From a virus (lineage: Duplodnaviria; Caudoviricetes), in the IMG/VR virus record IMGVR_UViG_3300030708_000355, positions 1-29,923 of that record: 29,923 bases of DNA. One strand, 5' to 3'. This document shows, in pieces, positions 25,801 through 29,923 of the stretch. The first letter of the stretch is position 1. The number at the start of each line of letters is the position of its first letter. The notes under the pieces are model-generated. The model saw nothing but the letters and a program-made list of their open reading frames with translations. It did not search any database and was not told the DNA's origin. The position numbers were made by a program, and so were the translations under genes.

Positions 25801-27340
25801 GATACCAACAATAGTTCAAAATGTTAGAAAGTTTCCTTTAATTGGTAACTTCGTAGCTTTCGTGTCTGAGATGTATAGAAATTCTTTTCAAATAGCTAAA
25901 AGAGGTTTAAGAGAAATGAAATCTTCAAACCCGTATCTTAGACAAATAGGTGCTAGAAGATTAATTGGTTTTACTACAACAGTTGGTATTGCAACACCTG
26001 TGGCATTAGATTCTGCGCAAAAAATGACTGGTATTACAAAAGAAATGTATGATGCATACAAAAATAGATTTGCACCAGATTATGAAAAAGCATCTGACAT
26101 GATGCCAGTAACACAACAACAAGAAGATAGATCTTGGAAAGCAAGTAATTTATCATACCTTGTGCCATACGCTGATGTGACAGCACCTTTTAAAGCTGCT
26201 ATGCAAAGATTAGCTGAGGGTAAAGACACAGACCAAGGGACGGCAATTTTATTTGCAGACTCTTTTAGAAAATTTATTGTAAGAGCTATCGAACCTTTTG
26301 TGTCACCATCAATTGCTTTTGAAACGTCACAAGAATTAATACCAAACGATGACCTACAGTTTAGAACAAAACAAGGTGGTTTGATTGCAGATATAAAAAA
26401 TGATCCTGATTGGTTTTCTAAATTAATGTATCACACATACAAAAAAATAACTCCTACAACTATTAGAAGTGCAGAAGAAATAATGCAAGCTGTGGGTGGT
26501 GACCTATCTAAATCAGGTATTAAAAGAGATTTATTTGATACAGTTGCAAAAATATTTACAGGTTTTAGTGTACAAAAACAAGACCCATATCAAGCCATGA
26601 GGTTTAAAGTTGGTAGTTATGCAGGTGATATACAAAGAGCTAGACAAGCATTTACAAATGATATTGTTAACGCATCAAAACTACAGAATGATTTGAGATT
26701 ACTTTCTAGAGGTTTACCAGGAGAAACTTTTCCAAAAGAGTATGAAAAATTACAATCAAATAATTATAGAATATTATCTGAAGTATATAAAGACGTACAA
26801 GCTTTACGTACATTAAATTTTACAGAAAAAGAAATTAGAGACATACTATCTGGTAGAAGAGCACTTTCTAAAACAGACGTTGCTATGGTTTTATCAGGAA
26901 CTTACGCACCTGAAAATATACCAAACTTTAAAAAAAATTCTGCTGTTGCAAATGCCATTAAAAATATAAACAGAGAATTAGGAACCAACTATACAACGGA
27001 TGATTTTATTAACAGAAAAAAATTAATAGAAATAAGAAAATCTTATTTACAAGTTCCACTAGGATTAAGTGAAGAAGATAGAGAAGAATTTTTAAGATCA
27101 ACTCCAAAAAGAAAAGGTTTAGAACTAAAAGAAAAAATTAAAGAAAGAAGACAACTAATTAAAGATCAAAAACCACCTAAAAAACCACAGGCACAATTAC
27201 CTGCAGCACCTTTTTTACCAGACCCACAAATAGCAAACCTATTTGCTGCAAATGTTAATCAAACAACAGGCTTGACAGACACCGAGACTGCACTACTATC
27301 ACCCGAGGAACAAATTATAGCGAGGAGATTAAGAACATAA
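22850..27340 (+). CDS. Large internal virion/ejection protein
   Basis: 1496 aa, AGGAGG RBS, helical, last gene of the structural module as for large podovirus ejection proteins; no enzyme motif recognised. Confidence 0.65.
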   Translation: MDEGTKSRIRPFLRTALDKDPADRNFLEKLAVGIYEPIIEADEDRNKPSAVLDDEYASFVKRLPGEVQADVDRYLNIFRNDPTPVLLFLDEYKEKGFSDFFKNTKNFSDIADSKDFGRYADFNFMGKGGYDAMYRKDEAGDKARKKVLENKFVQAQIGVGQGLYTGVRGTAELIGALSDLYLDTETLDNVERALPQIDLEEVYGNEAGGVAKFTSLLTQYGTGFALAQKVSKKLIGTAVKTNLAKKAAEKAAKTYAGKKAMDIAKFGGYWVLPAFTADTTVSAIGQKSVGEIFGDEKGNFLERALSNTKLEELANIKDPKEYAAAVLRNKLKFGAEGTAFMGALTLVGPSLKGFAKGSGVILENVVDPVLTGTTKLLASEKSGLPQTLRAISKGIDKGLDKLGIPRQELWKFSEYGSGIKNSILRGIDQFTQNFKSGGPFNVQTRNELKKLDGLNKSAKKSTDIFMKDLDRQMYKLAGAGFNDILFNTNTANQALRYWGDVLEYMRGNLKLEKLPKSLQSSALAIRKLIDDYTAELSPILKTMNVKDDIIKNMGRYLHTSYEIFKNSKYRADKQTYQQAIDYFVKLQKSFSKNITPSDAKLNATALVNRILAIGRSEGTTPAQRLKAIANAAQELKIPKTTFNKFFSDEQYLPDAIAKLLGRVDDPKQIIMDTIVEMAHTVNSAKAYKEIADFGMNKFIFPNRQAYLDFAKRNGITNPRDLVEINVSKPYNLDLQKIFQIGKQKMLTLPEIAKAMKDNTLIMDQLLKLPFMKSALAIKAGVQMNKTVLSLMTQMRNITTAAMFATANGHIGKGASVADNFRILFDDFVGKDSDPKRLKELLEEALDNGAIDSSTIAQELEQMIPELMGGTRLSPGGKTIVQGTSSDQIFAYLFTKKGALGRVVNKAIESYQLGDNLWKLFGYQFTKSQLKPALRTMDDVKKYFREIEGYEFRPLRADGTKKSLDDALKEIAGIQIRDTYPNYSMIPTIVQNVRKFPLIGNFVAFVSEMYRNSFQIAKRGLREMKSSNPYLRQIGARRLIGFTTTVGIATPVALDSAQKMTGITKEMYDAYKNRFAPDYEKASDMMPVTQQQEDRSWKASNLSYLVPYADVTAPFKAAMQRLAEGKDTDQGTAILFADSFRKFIVRAIEPFVSPSIAFETSQELIPNDDLQFRTKQGGLIADIKNDPDWFSKLMYHTYKKITPTTIRSAEEIMQAVGGDLSKSGIKRDLFDTVAKIFTGFSVQKQDPYQAMRFKVGSYAGDIQRARQAFTNDIVNASKLQNDLRLLSRGLPGETFPKEYEKLQSNNYRILSEVYKDVQALRTLNFTEKEIRDILSGRRALSKTDVAMVLSGTYAPENIPNFKKNSAVANAIKNINRELGTNYTTDDFINRKKLIEIRKSYLQVPLGLSEEDREEFLRSTPKRKGLELKEKIKERRQLIKDQKPPKKPQAQLPAAPFLPDPQIANLFAANVNQTTGLTDTETALLSPEEQIIARRLRT

Positions 27341-27561
27341 TGCCAAACGGACCAGGAGAAAAAATTAAACCCAAAACAACTAGAGAGCATTTGCTTTCCA
27401 TATACGGATACATTACAGGATTAAAGAAAGACGTTAAACATATGCACGAAGGTATTCACAGTTTGGGCGGTAAGATAGACAAGATCTATTGGGTGTTATT
27501 GGGTACTGTTGGGGCAGTATCACTTCTGTTGCTAGAAAAATTTTTGGATAAAATAATATGA
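27340..27561 (+). CDS. Small single-TM membrane protein, holin-like/lysis accessory
   Basis: Coiled coil followed by hydrophobic IYWVLLGTVGAVSLLLL; overlaps endolysin start. Confidence 0.55.
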   Translation: MPNGPGEKIKPKTTREHLLSIYGYITGLKKDVKHMHEGIHSLGGKIDKIYWVLLGTVGAVSLLLLEKFLDKII

Positions 27562-28034
27562 AACTTACACGTAACTTCAGCCTCTCAGAATTAATTAAAT
27601 CAGACACAGCCATCAGGCTTGGCATAGATAATAACCCAAATGCAGATCAAATAGAAAAATTAAAACTATTGTGTGAAAATATTTTGCAGCCAGTACGTGA
27701 TCACTTTGGCAGGGTTACGGTGACGAGCTGCTTTCGTTCACCTGAGCTGTGCTTAAAAATAGGTAGCAGTTTAAATTCACAACATACCCGTGCTGAAGCT
27801 TGCGATTTTGAATGTCTGGGCACTAGCAACGCTGAGGTTTTTGATTGGATCAAAGCAAACCTCGATTGGGATCAAATGATACTCGAGTTTTTCACTCCTG
27901 GGGAGCCCAATTCGGGATGGATTCACTGTTCTTGGGTAGCGGACAATCCTCGTAAACAATTATTAAGAGCGTATAAAGAAGATGGTAAAACAAAATACAA
28001 ACCTGTTATTGGTGACGCCGTAGACCTAGTTTAA
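27558..28034 (+). CDS. Endolysin, peptidase M15A family (Zn peptidase)
   Basis: LTRNFSLSE, R.PEL...IGS...SQH....A.D, WIHCS: H/D/H zinc ligands. Confidence 0.85.
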   Translation: MKLTRNFSLSELIKSDTAIRLGIDNNPNADQIEKLKLLCENILQPVRDHFGRVTVTSCFRSPELCLKIGSSLNSQHTRAEACDFECLGTSNAEVFDWIKANLDWDQMILEFFTPGEPNSGWIHCSWVADNPRKQLLRAYKEDGKTKYKPVIGDAVDLV

Positions 28035-29461
28035 ATCCAATCTTTTAATTTTTCACCCATAACTTCAGATGCAATATTTATTTTATTTTTTAAAGCCTCC
28101 ACAATCTTCTCATCAACAGTATCCTCAGCAATCAAGTCAACATAAGTTACTGTTTTCTTTTGTCCTATTCTGTGTGCTCTGTCTTCTGATTGTAATCTTT
28201 TCTCAAGGTCATAACCATTAGAATAATAAATTACAGTATTGGCCTGTGTAAGTGTAATACCGTATCCACCAGTTTGTGGTGTGCCAATTAAAAATCTACA
28301 TTTAGGATCATTTTGAAATTTACGAATATAGTCTTGTCTATCTTCTTGTGAAGTTAACCCGTAGTAGTGAACATAAGAATCTTCACCATACTCTTTAATT
28401 ATTCTTTGTATAATCTCACCTACACTTAATTGATAGTTAGCCCATATAATGGCTTTGCCTTCAGTCTCAGCTAACACACCCATAAGTTCATTAAGTCTAT
28501 TGTTATCTATAGATTGTGTTGTGCCATCATCAGCAGTGAAGTGACCACAAGTTATTTGTTGCAACCTCATGAGTTGTGTTAACACCGTCATGGTTGTCGT
28601 AACTTTACCATTTAAAATTGCAAGAGCTTGTTTTTTCATTTGCTCATAAATTTTCTTTTGATCTGGCGTTAATGAAACATATCGTTTCATAAAATTTTTT
28701 GGTGGTAAATCTAAACAATCTTCTTTTAAAACTCTATAAGAGAAAGCCTGTAATGATTCGGATAGTTCTCCAAGATGTCTAAATTCTTTTACCACTTGTA
28801 TAGATCTACCACGAACATGCATGGTTGTCATTTCTGCGTATCTATTTCTAAAAGCGTAATAAGAGTGAAAGTTTAAAAGAAACGGATCTAAAAATTCACA
28901 TTGTGTATAAAGATCCAATGGATTTTTTGTTACAGGTGATCCAGTCATGATACGTCTGTACTTTGCATGTTTGCCAAGTCCCACAATATTTTTAGTTCTT
29001 TTAGCAGATGGATTTTTTATTGTAGTAGATTCATCTACGGCCATCATAGTTCTGTGTGAGTTTAAAAATTTAGATGCAAATTTTACACCTTTTTCTGTAG
29101 ACAGAGCTTCTACATTCATAATTAAAACATGTAGAGCTGTACCAATCTCGTATAAAGTTTCTAATTTTTCTTGTTGTTTTTTTGTAATATTTGATTGCCA
29201 CAATACAGTCACATTCTCTATGTGATCAGGTAAGTGCGTAGGTAGTTCTTGTTCATACCAAGTTTTAACAACACCTTTTGGTGCAACAATTAAAGCGCCA
29301 TCTATTTTACCTTTATCATAAAGCATGGCAATATTATCTATCAATACTTTTGTTTTACCCGTACCCATCTCCATGAAATAGGCAAAGGTTTCTTTATTCC
29401 ATGACTTTTCTAAAGCAGTCATCTGATGCTTGTATGGTTTTGTTTTAAATTTATATTTCAT
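28031..29461 (-). CDS. SNF2-family (SF2) helicase
   Basis: MEMGTGKT (I), VDES (II), MTGSP (III), QSEDRAHRIGQ (VI); start at 29461 (MKYKFK) preferred because 29503 lies inside the promoter palindrome. Confidence 0.9.
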   Translation of the reverse strand: MKYKFKTKPYKHQMTALEKSWNKETFAYFMEMGTGKTKVLIDNIAMLYDKGKIDGALIVAPKGVVKTWYEQELPTHLPDHIENVTVLWQSNITKKQQEKLETLYEIGTALHVLIMNVEALSTEKGVKFASKFLNSHRTMMAVDESTTIKNPSAKRTKNIVGLGKHAKYRRIMTGSPVTKNPLDLYTQCEFLDPFLLNFHSYYAFRNRYAEMTTMHVRGRSIQVVKEFRHLGELSESLQAFSYRVLKEDCLDLPPKNFMKRYVSLTPDQKKIYEQMKKQALAILNGKVTTTMTVLTQLMRLQQITCGHFTADDGTTQSIDNNRLNELMGVLAETEGKAIIWANYQLSVGEIIQRIIKEYGEDSYVHYYGLTSQEDRQDYIRKFQNDPKCRFLIGTPQTGGYGITLTQANTVIYYSNGYDLEKRLQSEDRAHRIGQKKTVTYVDLIAEDTVDEKIVEALKNKINIASEVMGEKLKDWI

Positions 29462-29480
29462 AATTTTCTTCTTTCTAGGG

Positions 29481-29513
29481 TTGACATATAATCCTGGATA
29501 CATTATATGTCAA
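29481..29513. promoter_or_regulatory. Palindromic divergent promoter/operator
   Basis: TTGACATATAAT-N9-ATTATATGTCAA perfect 12-bp inverted repeat between divergent genes. Confidence 0.75.
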
Positions 29514-29519
29514 GCATAA

Positions 29520-29915
29520 ATGTCAGAAAGCACGAAATACGAGAATGTAAAAAATACCTATGAGTCTACAGTGTATGTCATACAAGAGATACCTGGAACT
29601 AAAATTGGTAATCCTAAAATAAATATTATGGGTGCATCAAAATTTGGTAGATTTAAATTTTTGTTACCAGAAGATTCACAAATAATATTTTCTCCTGGAC
29701 CACTAATTTACAGGTTAAGACCTTTGTTAAAAAATTTTACAAAGCACGACTATTTATTATGCACGGGTGATCCTGCTATAATAGGTATTACATGTTCTTT
29801 AGTATCTGATATAACAAATGGTAAATACAAATTACTTAAATGGGATAAACAAGAAAGAACTTATTATCCTATTGCTATTAATTTACATGAGAAAGGAGAA
29901 ATAGATGGCAATTGA
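29520..29915 (+). CDS. Hypothetical protein of the replication/early module
   Basis: 131 aa; VYVIQE, DYLL.TGDP, LLKWD..ER.Y alpha/beta pattern. Confidence 0.75.
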   Translation: MSESTKYENVKNTYESTVYVIQEIPGTKIGNPKINIMGASKFGRFKFLLPEDSQIIFSPGPLIYRLRPLLKNFTKHDYLLCTGDPAIIGITCSLVSDITNGKYKLLKWDKQERTYYPIAINLHEKGEIDGN

Positions 29916-29923
29916 TTTTGAAA
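29905..29923 (+). CDS. Start of next gene (MAIDFE...), truncated by window end
   Basis: AAGGAG RBS then ATG at 29905. Confidence 0.55.

Noticed and set aside
22850-27340. Virion RNA polymerase or lytic transglycosylase domain
   Set aside because: No recognisable catalytic motifs by eye
3742-29225. Many short antisense or alternate-frame ORFs (e.g. 3742..4059, 11933..12367, 19696..20172, 23530..24105, 28947..29225)
   Set aside because: Nested in well-supported genes, no RBS, shadow-like composition
29462-29503. N-terminal extension of the helicase
   Set aside because: Runs through the promoter palindrome; 29461 is the more plausible start

Overview
AT-rich segment of a tailed dsDNA phage genome, most like marine podovirus-type phages of low-GC Alphaproteobacteria (pelagiphage/uvMED-like; inferred from gene content and order, not from a search). 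Almost everything lies on the + strand as a tightly coupled late/structural region. In order: a putative capsid-associated gene with a structured 5' leader, two adaptor-like proteins, fibre proteins, three paralogous ~610-aa tandem Kelch-like propeller proteins, then a cassette of one coiled-coil protein, a sulfotransferase and four different 2OG-Fe(II) oxygenases. A nozzle-like protein, internal/ejection proteins and a small membrane protein plus M15 peptidase endolysin follow. A convergent SNF2-type helicase and a divergent palindromic promoter mark the start of the replication module. Best candidates for new biology: (1) the Kelch-triplet/sulfotransferase/oxygenase block as a virion-protein modification system, and (2) an interlocked three-helix pseudoknot RNA leader at 69-138 that occludes a Shine-Dalgarno sequence. 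All product calls rest on motif recognition by eye.
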